A stretch of DNA of 64,000 nt from Tubulanus polymorphus (taxonomy: Eukaryota > Animalia > Nemertea). Positions 10,861-24,514 of the stretch are shown in pieces. Location: the NCBI RefSeq assembly GCF_964204645.1, contig NC_134034.1:4624914-4688913 (forward strand). Reading direction: 5' to 3'. Position 1 is the stretch's first letter. Each line of letters starts with the position of its first letter. Below the pieces are notes generated by a model, which was not told the origin of the DNA, ran no database searches, and saw only the letters and a list, made by a program, of their open reading frames with translations. Made by a program: the position numbers and the translations under genes.

Positions 10861-11922
10861 CTAGTTGTATATGTATACTGGTCACACAATAACGTATGGC
10901 CCTTGACTTCGTCACTTCTGTATTGACTGGCCAAGCCACACATATCCAAGTCCGCACTGATTAAAAATATTCTCGACGTTTATAATCCACTTCGAATTGA
11001 ATTGATTTTGGAGCTTTAGGTGAAGGAGGATTTACTAGAGTATTGTGCTGATCTTGGTGTTGTTATAGTCGTTTACGAGTCTAGTCCAATAGCTAACAAT
11101 GCAGGTTATCACTTCGATGTCCATCGGATAGCGGTGAAGCTCTGTATCACAGCGCCACCTACCAGAACTTTAGGATACTAAAACTTTAGGTTCCCCTATC
11201 TATTGTTAATTAACTTTCCTCTCCTATACCCCATGGCACCTTAACAACTGAAACTAAGACCACAACAAACGTACACGACTTAAAAATACGCTCATAAACC
11301 AGCTAACGCTTCAGCTCACCCGTGAAAAAGGTTAAAATAGAATAAAGACAAATGAGAAGAATGTCTCCTACATGGCTTTCGAAAGACACATGGGAAGCAC
11401 TTCCGGTTTCCACGTAGCACTACCAAACAGAGCCACAAATAAAAGATTATAAATCTACGAAATCTCACTAGAACACTATAGTTTCGCTTTATGTGTCCAA
11501 AACGGCCACGATTGTGGCATGAAAGACCTCTGTTTCCTGATAAATACGTATATTTATAAAAATATATATCTAATAACACGATCAATTTCGCTGCCAGCCT
11601 CATCAGGAACAATTAGATATTGTTTTTGTTCTTGTGATTCTGCAGTAGTTTCAGAGATTATTTGACTCTCTATCGTAAGTTACAAAAGAAAGGTCACATG
11701 TGTCAATGAACTTATCGCTATTGGACGTAATGGCCGTGTTGTGAAAGCACTTTTAATTTTGCATCGGTCAAAAGCCAAATTTGAATTTGAAATATTAAGC
11801 CGATCCATTCTCATACCTGGTCATATAACAATTCAATCAGCACTTAGTTTGTACTTAAGAATAAACTAAATTACATCGATCGATAACATACAAAACAAAT
11901 AAAAACTAAATGAACAATTACC

Positions 11923-12445
11923 CGGTAGGGGAAAGGGGGCACATTGAACCGGCCTTGAAAAAATCGACGTTCATGCCCATCACAGTTTCCTCATTGGAGA
12001 TACAACTTAATCGCGTATCACCAATATGAGTTTGAATGGCCCTCTAACTCCCATAGTTATCATAGGTACCGTATCTGACACGAATGCCACATTGCAATTT
12101 ACAAAATTGGGCTTTTTTGGTTCAATGTACCCATCGATACGGGGTACATTGAACCAAGTTCAAAAATACTAAAAACAGAGGGAATTGCAAGAATGTATAG
12201 CAGAAAATATAATTTTTTTAGAATACTTCCTTGAAGTTTTAAAAATGTCAAATTATATATTTACCGAGAAAATGTCTTTGCTGTGAATATCCAAACGTTT
12301 TACTGGCATCTATATTTTGACGGATTAACTGCTTCTGAGATTATCTTCTTTGTTCACAATGTTGCTCCGATTGAAGGCTGAGCAAGAGTCTTGACAACGT
12401 CATCCATGTCAACTGCAGAAATGTCAGCGGTGTCTGGTTTTATGA
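11923..12445. mobile_element. Possible cut-and-paste DNA transposon end (class uncertain)
   Basis: Repeated and inverted subterminal motif (G/T)ACATTGAACC at ~11940, 12119 (reverse complement) and 12145. Confidence 0.3.
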
Positions 12446-12447
12446 AA

Positions 12448-12525
12448 TGACTTTTTAAACTCGAAAAGTCGACTTTTTAAAGTCGAAAAGTCGACTTATT
12501 AACTCGAAAAGTCGAATTTTTTTAA
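12448..12525. repeat. ~22-bp tandem repeat (GACTTTTTAAACTCGAAAAGTC)
   Basis: Three to four visible units. Confidence 0.7.
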
Positions 12526-14329
12526 ACTGAAAATAAACTGCTGTTGGCCGCATTGCTCTTCCGTAAATACATCCGTCATACACACTGAATTAAATTTGAT
12601 TAATAACTAGTAAATGCAATCTTATGAAATCTGTTCGTCGAGATTTAATACTAGGAGAATTGCGAATGTTATCATTATGGTTTTGCCAAACAATTGGGAC
12701 TTGTTGGGCGAAATTAGATTTATGGAAGAGGGTGGACTTGTGATCACAAACGAGCACGTAATCATTTTGAGATGCACATTGAACATTTCCTTCACTCTTA
12801 GAGACCGTATCGAATAATACTGTCTAGCTACTTTTAGAATTGGCATCACTCATTTCTTCACGTTTTCTTTGTGTCAATTTCAATACCCTCCTGATTAGTG
12901 TACATACTAAATGGATGGTCGCCAAAGTTGAGTCACTTACCTCCAATCGATCTATTACTGTACTGTTACCACAGTCCTACAATGAAAGAATTGAATGTAC
13001 TTGTATTCTAGCAGAATTCAAAACTTTGTGCCCAAGCAGATACATCAAAAGTAAGTAGAGTTCTAGTTAAAGTTCTAGGTAGAGGCGGCATTATGTTGAT
13101 CTGAAGCCATGACAGTGCAACCAGCCCCAAGAGATGATAAACTGATATAAACTGAAGTAGGACATCAATACTAAAGAAATATCAATACAGCACAGGACAA
13201 ACCCTTTAAGTGGCTCTATATTTTGGCTGTTGGTTGGACAGACAGCGAAGACTTTATTTCATAGTTTCGCTGACCGTCAGTCGACGGAGGAGCTTTAAAA
13301 AAGAAATAAAAATGATAATAAAATACCTGATTCTCAGCTATATCATCGCCGATGACATCTGAAAAATCTGGTCCAGAAATTCTTAGAAATTGGCATACAG
13401 CTTAAAATCCAAAATCGGTGGGGGTCGACCAGTCGACTCAAATATTGACTAGAAAACATTTATGTTTTCTAAGTAGCTTGAACTTTTCATATATGAAAAG
13501 TTTAAGGAGAATCAACCTTTCATAATATAGCCCTATATAAGAAGCCATCCTGAAAAACTAACTTCGTCTCCTTCCCTTCTGCTCAGTATGGAATTCCTCA
13601 AGGGTCATACAACTTATGAGTTACTTGCATATTGCTAGCCTATAACGTCAAAATAGCAGTTGCTCTAGTAACTCAAAAAAAGTTTAGTCGTAACTCGTAA
13701 AAAGTAAACTCTTAAATCGTAAAAAGTTCAGTCGTATAACTCGTAAAAAGTAAAAAATTTTTTAGAGCAATTGTCATCAGCATTCCTGAATTTTTAGTGA
13801 ATACGTAGGCCTAGACACAAACTTACCTGGATAGGCGATTATTTTGACCTCATATGCTTTCCAGTCTTCCCGTCTTTTCCATTCTGGCCACAAAACCATT
13901 CTCACGTCATCTCGTATTCCATTTTCTGAACTAATTTCTCCACTTTCGTCAGCCGCAGGCAAACACAATTATTAGATAAGAGTAACCATGACAATCTACC
14001 ATTCACAGCTAGGGTGGTAGGAAATGCTCCCTTAAACAATATATGAATGGCAATACCCTATACAGTATCCTTTCTATCTTCTGCAAGAAAACTGTCATGA
14101 TACTAACTTCAAATAACTTTCAAATACCTCTTCCGCCTGGTCAATCCCTCTGAGACGGGCATATTATCTCAAAAGCCTAAAAATGATCAATAAAGCTATA
14201 ACTCAGAGCTAAAACAAGCCAAAGGCAATAACGGTTCTTGGGCTAGATATTACCAGCCGCCAGTTCCATTGCATTTAGGATATGTTGTATCAAGAACCAA
14301 AATATCTTACGCAACACATGTAAAAATGT

Positions 14330-15600
14330 TACTTACCGCTAACTGTGCATTTCTCCAGGCCGATGTTTGCTAAAAGTTACAAGACGTGCCAAAACCAATG
14401 CTTGAATTCTACGATATTCCATTGGAGTTATCTCTTTGTCAAGCCTTAGGTTGGATATTTCCGTCAACAAATATTCAGCTATCTCCCTGGAGTCTTCGGC
14501 ATGGGGCAGTTCAACTTGCTTTTCGAAATTATGGCGATTAAGAACAATTTTTACTTGTTTTTTTTTTTACTTTCGTGAACCACTGAAGTTTTAACAACTC
14601 CTAAAAATCATTAGATGCTTGTCTCATACACGCGTCGCTAAATGGGATTGAAAAGGCGAGTTTCAATCCATCCTTGCGTGATAAATCATCACTAATCATC
14701 AAGGCTACACTGGGCTGTTTGAAATCAATGCATACATCATCATGAGGTTGACGGGCTTCAATTGCTGCCTCACAAAATACTTCAAAGTTTTTTTGGTATA
14801 ATTGCGTTAATCATCGTCAAAATTGGCATATTAAGTTTTTTGCACACACTGGCCAATAATCTAGCAGCTAATCTCATCCTTAATGACGCGTAGTTCTTAC
14901 TTTTCAGAGGATTATCTGATGATTTGGATAGCCAGACATCACCGAGACAGAGAATCAGTCGATCCCTTTGTGCAATTTTTGCCGTGTCATTTGCTCGCAT
15001 GGATGGGAAAACCACTTCTCGAACGCGACGGGAAGCCTTATCAGAAATCCTTCCGAGCAATACATTGGATGTCATCATTGCTTTGCCTTTACCGTGACTA
15101 ATGGCATCTTTATTGTCAGCATAGCAAGATGTTATGTGTGTTGACATTTTCCTATTCACGTTAATCCATTCAAAGCAAGAGGGACAAGGCCCATACGTGC
15201 GTGCGGTAAATTCCATCTAGCAATGAGGAGTTTTCCTTTTCCCTCCTTTGTTACTGCAAGGTTATGTAAATGATCCCCTTTATATCTCAATAAGGTTTGC
15301 TTCTTTAGTAAAAGTAACTTTTTCTCTTTTGAGGTTTCTCCAGTTATGATTTCAGCCTTCAATGTAGTAATTCTGCGAACATCCAGCTCCAATGCATGCT
15401 TATTGATTAAATGGTCTTGAATACGAGATATCAGATGGCCACAATAAGCACATGCATGTACAGTATCATACGGACGTTCAGATTTTTTTTCCACATTTGT
15501 CAATTTCAGTTTTTTTTGAAAGCTTTCATGTAAATTGCTGGAATATCTTTTGCTCTAATTTTTTCCGAATTACATAAATTACTACTGCTTACCATAGGGT
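14330..15600 (-). pseudogene. Fragmented gene of a widespread metazoan transposon-like family usually fused to a tyrosine recombinase (Crypton-like)
   Basis: ORFs 15156-15503 and 14782-15216 give HACAYC..I..HL..KH, LLRYKGDHLHN, YGPCPSC..H..C, MRAND..IA..D.LI..G, Y..RMR..ARLL, then F..PS.AL. The recombinase catalytic residues are not visible, so the family call is from memory. Confidence 0.5.
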
Positions 15601-17847
15601 CATTTTGTTTACCAATATTTTTCGCGCTGTTGAGTTTATTAGTCCGGTTAATTATCTGCAGCAATTTCTCTGAGTTCTTCATGGATCAACATCTTCATAT
15701 TCTTCGGTTGTATCGGAGGGGATATAACTAGAGTCATCGTCATCATCACTGATGAGACTTTCACCATCATCCTTGAGCATAACAGAAGTGAGAAATAAAA
15801 TCGTTGTCTTTCCTATTCAAAAACGATGTTAGAGATAGCACAACAATGTATATCAATGGTGCCCCCAGTTTTCATAACTCAAAATTCTATCAGTTTATCA
15901 TTGCCTGTATTGATTTAAAGGCACATTTTGGGAAACACTTTTCAGCGTTGTTCATCGGCAATTCATCGCTCATTCTTAAAGAAGATGCTTATCGAATGCT
16001 GTATCGAAAAGAAAAGCAAATATCTTGGATGTGAAATGCCGTTCTCAATTGTATCCAAAAAGTATCCATTACATGAGGGACACTGACTGAAATAAGTGGT
16101 TTTTGATAAAACAGGTACAAATGTCATTTTTAGGGAATGAAGGATGGTATATTTTTGGATGTTATGGAAAATATTAACGCGGCCCTTGAGAATAAGTATA
16201 ACATTTTAATGGCCCCACTTCAACATTTCTCATGAAGACATTGAGGGCCAGACCATTTGTAGGGACTCATGTTGAGGGCCACCTCATTTGGATTGGATGG
16301 AATATCCCACTGTCTCCAGCTCAGGAGTCAATACCTATAATTTACACAATACAATCGTCTTTTCATAAGTAGCACAGACAGCGACTGGAGCTGGCAGGTA
16401 CAAATACCTCAGATATATCTTTTCCATTGGTCTTATCGATTTGAATGCGGAATAGAATTGAATTTTCTGAAATTTGCTCGATAAAACAAAATTGAATTGG
16501 ATTTGATGTTTCATCTGTGCAATAAAGTAAAATTGAATTGAATTTTTTTCCAGAATAAAATTTGATTGAATTTGCAGTTTGAGTGCATGGCTAAGTAGCA
16601 TATCAAGGTAATCCATCCGATTTTAGAGAAAGGTATTTTCCCAGACTTTGCATAAATGTCAATGATATATTCTGTAGTGCAAATAAAAAGTCTCCAAAAA
16701 AGTCAACCAAAGATTTCAAAGAAATCGATTTTTAAATACAATTTTAGATCATAAAATAAAACCCGGAAATAAAACGGTAGACGATACCGCGTTCAGATTT
16801 TTGCAATAAATCTCGTATAAATTTCAACGAAGCCCTTTTTCAAATGTCAGCTTCATAGGGGTTGGAGAATGGATAATACTCTAATGAATGGTTTGTATGA
16901 ATATATGCTCAGTTGCACAGTCAAAGAGCCTTAGCTCTGGTAACCATGTCATTTGAATTCGCTTCATTTGTATAGCAATAGGCTCAGCCTACCGCTGGCC
17001 TAACAACTACACTAACAGTGTAGTAGTAGTCAGGTGTGATTCTGGGGAAATAAGAAAATTATACATACCATGGCTTCATTTGTATTTTTCTGGTTTTGCA
17101 AACGGGGTCGTTTGCGATTCTCCATTTTGGCACTGGTAACGCTTTCCGGTTACACCCTTTCCGATTCACCGACTTCTACGTTCGAACATGAAACATGAGG
17201 CTGTGTTAATCTGGTTGTACTTTCGATTACTTCACAAGCGACATCATTGGGATTTTCCAATTGACCAGCAGCTTCGCCGATGAAAGACGACGAAACAGTA
17301 GCTACATTGTGAGCTTGCAGCAACACCTAAAATATGTGAATTGAAGAAAATCTGATAAGTTTTAAGAGCGTGTAATTCGATGATGGTTTCATAAGAACAT
17401 CTTAAAATTCATATTGTTTAAGATGCCATGTTGGTTTCCCCTTTGTTTAACTGCCAGAAAGAGTTAAATCTATTCTACTCGTATGGATACTTGTTGAAGG
17501 CCACCCGCGTTTAGGATGGATAGAAGGGTGTACAGGGTATCCCAAAAGAAAAGCCACAAATTAATGCAAATGAGAGGCAAGACACAGACGTGACTTGAGA
17601 TCAGTGGTTTTTCATAAAATATGAACAATTATTATTTGAAGGAACCATATATCTTATTGGTTGCAATATAAAATATTTATACAGGACCCTTAAGCATAAG
17701 TATGACATTTTAAAGACCTCACTTATCCATTTCTCAAGTCTTTAACCGACCCGGGCAATGTCAACACGTTTATGAAAAAGATCAAATTACATTTCATCCT
17801 AGAATTTTGGTCGTCTGTTCGATGAGATCAGTGACAAACTGTAGAAA

Positions 17848-19217
17848 ATGGCCACGTCTAAACTTCTAATTCTCGTAGTTGCGATATTACTGTGTCGCTG
17901 TGTTGCCATATCGGCAATTATTGATGAGATCGAACGAACGCCGTTGAGTTCAGAAAGTAATTTACTGGATTATCAGAAATACCGGTTACTTGGCGGTAGT
18001 TAGGTGCCGCATTCTGATTTCGTCGGCGACAAGCGGCGTCCAAACCGACGCGATTTAACTGTCAGACCCTTTTACTACGGCTGCAGGTCAGTGTCTCGCT
18101 GCGCTATTATAAACGCGGGTACGTCGAAATCCATTTTGATCCCTATTGCTGGGGCGGATTGATATTCTTATTCGCAGAAATGTAAAGCTCATGGGGCATC
18201 GTGTTAGTATACTGATAGAGTTTAGACTATCTTGTAGCGTTATTGAATCAGTTCACCATAAATCGCCTTGTAGCAGCGGTTTACGAACCGAGGAGAGAAA
18301 TTTCAATTTTAAAAAGGACATAACGAAACTGCGGAAGTTAAATCACTTAGTGATCTTATCTACGAGTCGTTTTCTTGTGCCTGAAGTCTTTCGATCTGTT
18401 ACCCAAATCTATGCTTGTTATCGGGATACGCAATCTCACAGGTGGTGCATTTAATATATATTTCGGCAGTAGGGCGTTTTACAAACTGTCTAGGCTGCGC
18501 CTTGTTGGGTTGATTGTTAGATTCTGCCCAAGTGATGTACTCCATCATATCCTGAGTAGAGTCCCTTCACTAGAATTACTAGATCTCTCACGAAATGGGA
18601 TAAGACATTTGGATAGAAACACGTTTGAAGCAACCCCTAACTTAAAGTTTTTGAGGATGCATTACACCATACTGTCCGTAATTCAACCAGGTCTTATAAA
18701 ACCACTGATAGATCTACACGTTTTTAATTTAGCATCGAATCAACTAAATACGATCGATCCGACTGAAATCTTGAATTTGAAACATTTTCGATACATTTTT
18801 CTTCTTGATAATATATTTGAATGCGATTGTCAACTTAGAAAGTTACAAAATTGGCTTAAAGAGTTAGAGTTAGATATTCATCGAACTAAAAAGCAATACT
18901 ATTACGACTTTGAGGCAGAAGCCCAACACGATTGGACCACGCTCAAACTTATATGTGCTTCACCAAAAAACTATCCGGTGTTCGTATCGCAAACTTTTAG
19001 TTATCTTGAATCGAATGTGACAATCAAAAAGATGTAATCATTTCTCTTTCGACTATATGCGTCACTTATAATTATCATTATGGCTATTGGGCGAATTGTT
19101 GCCAAAAAACGATGGTCAATTTATTAATGGTGGATGGTAAAAATCAATCGATTCCTACCGAAACTGTTATGTATAACAATGGAAAAACGTTCTGATAATA
19201 TGAAGTTTGACGGATTT
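17848..19217 (+). pseudogene. Toll-like receptor / LRR transmembrane receptor pseudogene, truncated at the start of the TIR
   Basis: Signal peptide MATSKLLILVVAILLCRCVA; LRRs (LELLDLSRNGIRHL, LHVFNLASNQLNTI); LRRCT (NIFECDCQL..LQNWL..CASP); hydrophobic TM then KKRW; KFDGF resembling TIR box 1. Several stops and frameshifts. Confidence 0.7.
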
Positions 19218-19219
19218 TA

Positions 19220-20859
19220 AGCCATAGCATAGCAGACCTCCAATTCGTCTATTCGGATTTTTACTCGAAATAGATTTGAGATAGATTTGTCTGCCCTAAT
19301 AGCGGGTGGTCCATTACTCTCTGGCTCACAAGTGCTTTGTTCACAGCTTAACTCGTTTCTTAAGGGCTGAAGAGTTTTAGACTGCAAGTTACTTTTGATA
19401 AAGGTGTGATGCCTTTTCTTACACACCCTGCAAGAAATATTCGAAGGACTAATTTACTTGATTATCAGAATACATACAGTTAAACATTATCCCTTAGACC
19501 TAGCAAACTCAAACCTATCTTTAACTGTCTTATCCATAAACTCCTTACACCTATATGCACAATGCATTCTGAACAAATCAAGCAAACCAAATTTCGATGC
19601 TAACTATTATCTTTAGTCATATCACCACAAGCTTTTTTTCCCATTTCCAGAATATGCTATTTGGATTTGAGTAGGCTGTTGTACAACTTTATAGGGATAC
19701 TTACAGCAAATGGACCGCATTGGGCCTCCAAACGAGATTTCAACCAAATCTGACGGATTTCGCTCTCTGTTACGAGCAACATTGCTAACAAATTCGTTCC
19801 ATTTTAAATGTTTATCTTTTGGCAGTCGTTTTGCCGCTCTGCCATAATTCTACACTAGATAATTCATGTACATAATTCAATTGACCAAGAACAATTATAC
19901 TGTCTCTAATAAATGTAGAAATCTCTCAGGCTATTTGAATTTCCGGATGTAACAACTGGGCCTGAAGTCACACTATTTAAATGTGCCCTGGCTACAAGAA
20001 CCTTGTTACCAAACATAGATTTGTGCTCACTCAACGCCTTAGCATAAATGCGGACAGTGAAACCTAGACCCCGTATCACCATTTTCGCCACACCACGAAC
20101 GTGAGATTGCAGGAGATCCATCTTCCTATCGTCAGTCAAACCAGGTCTAGTGCGAACCTGAACATTGAACTGCTCCACGAACCTGAGCCATTTTGATGGT
20201 GATCCATCGAAAATATCGGCAAATCGACGGACGGCAAGTCCTGATCAACGATCAATTTCGCAAGAACTGAAACAACACCGGTTTCCCAGTTACTGTCGTG
20301 ACTTGACCAGACGTTAAATTGTCAATCAACGCGTCTACTGGTAGCTGTACTATATACTGATGATCGAATTCAACGGCGTTAGGATTCAACCCCTAATGAT
20401 TTAACCACGCTTCGACGCCTTCGTTGTTGCTCATATCTTCTGCAGATAACGTTGGGTTGTGAGCTTCGTCAACTTGATTCGTAACTTGCGGCACTGACTT
20501 TTTCGATAAAACAGATCGTTTCGCACTAAAAATAGAACTTATTTCATCATAACTTGAATTAAGAGAGTCAAGCAGTTTTGTCATTTTGATTACGGAATCG
20601 CCATACGAATCAAACCAAGTCTCTTCTGTTACAAAAGATTCATCTGACAGGCATTCCATATATCTTAAGTGAACAGATTCGAACTTTTCAAAGGCACACA
20701 TGAGCCTTTGCACAATTTTAGAGCGGACAAACTCTTGGAATCGACATTCTCTTGACATTTAGAGAGGGCACGAATCACCCAGCCAGCTGATCCAGTTCTA
20801 GACAATTTCGAACTCTCCATTATAGCAAGGTCCACGGGTGAATCTTCTTTATCAGACAT
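19220..20859 (-). mobile_element. BEL/Pao LTR retrotransposon gag fragment
   Basis: DUF1759-type motifs FDGSPSKWLRFVEQF...RKMDLLQSHVRGVAKMVIRGL...YAKAL...FGN, with a decayed Cys/His knuckle region downstream. Confidence 0.75.
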
Positions 20860-20924
20860 CTCGTAGTATATCTCGGAGTATATAATTTAATAGGTATATA
20901 TATGGTCAAATTCAGCCAAAAGGA

Positions 20925-22240
20925 AGTTTTCATCGCATCTCCGCAGTGCACGGAGAAAGAGGCACTGAGCGAGACCAATTTAGAGATAGATTTAGCAGTA
21001 ACGAAAAGAAATGGAGATATGCCTCAGCGTTGATCGGTTTACGGTAGACTGAAAAAATCAAATCAGAGTATTTATTGTGAATCAGAACATCTAAAAACGG
21101 AATTTGGTTATTTTGTTCCCATTCAAAAGTGAATTTCAAAGATGGATATTGGGAGTTGATGAAGTCAATAAAAAAGTTAAGATCAAATCATCAGAAACTA
21201 AGCAAAGAATGTCATCAACATATCTAATCCAAAAGTTAGAGCCAGCGTAATTGGAAAGAATTTCGGATTCAAAATGTTCAATGAAAAGATTAGCCAAAAT
21301 GGGGGAAAATGGGTTACCTATAGCGAAACCGAAAATTTGTTCATAGAATTTGTCTTTGAATTGGAAGTATAGATTGATTGTACAGAGATCCAAAAGTTCA
21401 AGTAAGCAATCTACAGGAATCGGGAGATCAAGATTTGGAGTCTGGGAGTTTTCTTCTTAAGAAATCGAGAGTTGGTTCCAATGGTATATTTGTAAACAAG
21501 CATATAGCGTCGAAAAATATAAATTTTTGGCCAGGTTTGAGATTTTTGAGTTTGTCTAAAAGATCCATATTGTGCTGGATGTGAGAATCAGAAAAAGTAC
21601 CAAGAGCTAGGGAGAGTATTTTAGCCAGATATTTAGATAGCCGATATGATGGAGAATTAATATTAGAATCGATCGGTCTTAAAGGTGAATTGGGATTATG
21701 AATTTTAGGAAGACCATACGCACAAGGAAGATTTGGAAGCCGAGAGTTGAATTTGGAGATTAATTCCGAATGATCAGGAAATTTTTTAGATATGTTTTTT
21801 AAACCTAAATTAAAAGCTGATTGCATCTTTTTCAAAGGTTTTTTTATGGATTTTTAGAAATTGGAATAACCGAGAATAGCAAACATATTAGAATTGTATT
21901 TGATGAAATCTTGAACAATTTTGCCGCCTTTATCAGCCTTGAAGATGCGGATGGTTTTGTTGGATTTTAGTTCCTGGAGAGCAATCGAAAATCTCCGAGG
22001 AATGAACCAATTAGACTAATGAAGGGTATTCCAAATGGTGTCCAAATTCATGAATATTAAATTCATGAATATGAAATTGTATTGAAAACAAGCCGGAGGA
22101 AATCTTTCCATACGTTCAACGAAATCCAAAATGTGTTGTTTTTTATGCGGGAGAGAGAAATTTCATCCTAAACCGATAACTTGAATTTGGGTTTTGGTTA
22201 ATTTAGCCGAAGATAGATTGACAACATTATCAGTAGGGCA
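20925..22240 (-). mobile_element. Penelope-like retroelement reverse transcriptase (decayed)
   Basis: YGLPKIH..PLRPI, SYRLSKYL, FD...LFTNIP, FYEQIFG.A.GNP.SPILANLF, WIRYVDD, FTFEWE..IPFLDV, VYRKP. Confidence 0.88.
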
Positions 22241-22251
22241 AAATTTAGTCC

Positions 22252-22287
22252 AAGGGCTGCTGAGTGAGATCGAAACGCCGTGTTCTT
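22252..22287 (+). ncRNA. Degenerate minimal hammerhead ribozyme-like motif in the inverted pseudo-LTR of the Penelope element
   Basis: AAGGG-CTGCTGA-G-TGAGAT-C-GAAAC-GCC-GT-G-TTCTT: stem I AAGGG/TTCTT, a core with two mismatches to CUGANGA...GAAA...UH. Confidence 0.3.
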
Positions 22288-23082
22288 ATATTTTAGATTA
22301 TATCAATACATAAATTGTCGATTATAGAATTCTTTTAATTTGTAAATAGTGGGTTTTTATCTCATCACCTGTTCACCACGTTTAAGTGTGGTAATCGTAC
22401 TATAAGGTACCTTCTTTTATATATTCCAATAGGTGTAACATATAAGCTTCATAAGCTGGAGTTGGGAGGAAATGCATTTGAGAGGGATACGTTTCGTTAA
22501 GCGAAGTGATTGAAAACTCGATAATACAAATGATTGCCAAGAGGAAGGTTCTGGGAAGTTTTGAATTCTCTCTGGTGTTGCCCTCAAAACCCATGGTATG
22601 GTTTTCAGCTGCTTCGGTCCACTCTTACCCTCCGTAACGTACATAGCAAGCTTATTCTTGGTCGGTGAGTACTGGTCCGTTGATACATATGATTTTTCAG
22701 GTTCAGGAATGTGCCACTACCTTGTTTCCTCTGGTGGGAATTTTCGATCTGTTCGGATGTTCTACTACCAGATACTTCAATGAAATTGTTCAGGAATTAT
22801 ATTCATTTTGGTTAGGTCAATGCTATATTTCTTCGGGTATTTTTTTTCTAGTTATTTTTCACAACGTATGATTTTATAATTCGCTGATTCGTGTGTTGTG
22901 TTAGACATATGAGAATCGATCTTTAATTTGTGTCGAACAATAAATCTTATTAATGGATAATACGTAAGTTGTCATAACAAAGACTTTAACGTTATATTGA
23001 TCTTCCAATAATTCTTGTGCAATATTAGTCAGTCAATACACGCGGTGACACTCAGTACATTCTATTTCCAGCCTCATGAATC

Positions 23083-24039
23083 ATGAATTTAACTCAGATG
23101 CAGGTTCTTCGGACTTACAACAGCTATATCGCTCTTATGGCTGTGAAGAATAAGTCGGGAAAATACCGCACGGCGTTGCTGGTTTTTCTGCCTATCTTAT
23201 TTATGTTAGGAGCCTTTGGAAATACGGCCACATTCCTGATAATGATATGTCGCAGATTCCGATGTTTATCCTACGCCAATTATCTTATCGTTTTATCAGT
23301 CAATGATTTAGTGGTCTGTTTGAATTTCACTCTTATGCCTGTTTTACAGTTTGTTCTCTTGGACGTAAACATCGGTCCTATATACATGATGAATTCGCTG
23401 ATCAGTTGTCAAATCTATGAATTGGTAATGTTGTTTGCATCTTGCAACAGTTCGTGGTTAATCATAGCTATAACAGTGGAACGTGCTGCAGTTGTGCTCT
23501 TCCCATTCACTTCTCGATTGATATGTACACCAAAATTTGCTAGATTAGTTATATTGATCATCAATGCCGTGAATGCACTGACCTTATATCTAATACCAAT
23601 AGTGTCGATGCATTTTTCGGACAAGGTTTTTGGATGTTACTATGAGTTACTGAAACACCTTAAACATTTCGCAATATTTGTCGTCTATGTTTACACTGTG
23701 CCTTTGACTTTGATCATTACTTCTAATTCGGTTATAATCGTTCAATTGTTCAGAAGTTCAAAAATGATTTCGTCTGATAAGAAATCTACGAAATCAAAAC
23801 GTACAACAGTAATGCTTGTAACGGTTTCACTCGCATATGCAATTTTCACTCTACCTGCCACTATAATTGTTTACATACCAATCGGTGCGGAACAGAAAGA
23901 ATTTTTTCACGATGTCTTCACTAGGTTCCATGCTTGTAACTATGCTATGAATTTTTACATATATCTTTTATTGGGACGAGAGATACGTGATTTTTTCTGT
24001 ATAGAAATCGGCTGTCAAAATCAGTCGAATGATATATGA
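23083..24039 (+). CDS. Intronless rhodopsin-class GPCR (FMRFamide-receptor-like/putative chemoreceptor)
   Basis: Seven hydrophobic segments; GN in TM1, LSVND in TM2, ITVER..V.FPF (DRY equivalent), TLP in TM6, NYAMNFYIY in TM7. Confidence 0.9.
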   Translation: MNLTQMQVLRTYNSYIALMAVKNKSGKYRTALLVFLPILFMLGAFGNTATFLIMICRRFRCLSYANYLIVLSVNDLVVCLNFTLMPVLQFVLLDVNIGPIYMMNSLISCQIYELVMLFASCNSSWLIIAITVERAAVVLFPFTSRLICTPKFARLVILIINAVNALTLYLIPIVSMHFSDKVFGCYYELLKHLKHFAIFVVYVYTVPLTLIITSNSVIIVQLFRSSKMISSDKKSTKSKRTTVMLVTVSLAYAIFTLPATIIVYIPIGAEQKEFFHDVFTRFHACNYAMNFYIYLLLGREIRDFFCIEIGCQNQSNDI

Positions 24040-24371
24040 TGTTTGATTTACCCATTTGAAGTATAGAACTTATAATCTATGGCCACGCTTTTATTGTTGG
24101 TTTGCAGATTTTTAATAGATTGATGAAGAAATAAAATCAATTCTAAGTTTAAACTTGGAAAATTGAAAACTAATGCCATGGTTGAGGGATGGATGGAAAG
24201 AAGATGAAACTGTTACTCTAAGGTTTGGTTCATTTCTGAAATCAGGGCTCATGGGATTAGAAAATTAATGAGGAAACAGATCTGAAATTTAATTTTCTGC
24301 GAGAAAAAAACTTGAACAATTTCTTAATTGAATATAATAGTCTCTTAATTACCACTGTCTGCCAAAAGAAA

Positions 24372-24514
24372 ACTATCAGGTTTCTGATTGCCGATCGCCG
24401 ATTGTCGATCCGAGAAATGGTCGACTATCGGGTGTCTGATTGCCGATTGCCGATTGTCGACTCGAGAAATGGTCGACTATCAGGTTTCTGATTGCCGATT
24501 GCCGATTGTCGACG
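24372..24514. repeat. ~52-bp tandem repeat, about 3 units
   Basis: ACTATC.GGT.TCTGATTGCCGAT.GCCGATTGTCGA..CGAGAAATGGTCG repeated. Confidence 0.8.

Noticed and set aside
16160-17740. Tc1/mariner element (TACAGGGT at 17531; similar blocks at ~16165-16232 and ~17670-17738)
   Set aside because: No matching second TIR or transposase motif could be identified; too decayed to call.
24372-24514. CRISPR array (also considered for 4690-4955, 12448-12525 and 36625-36755)
   Set aside because: Units are contiguous or degenerate without unique spacers, no cas genes are present, and the context is eukaryotic.
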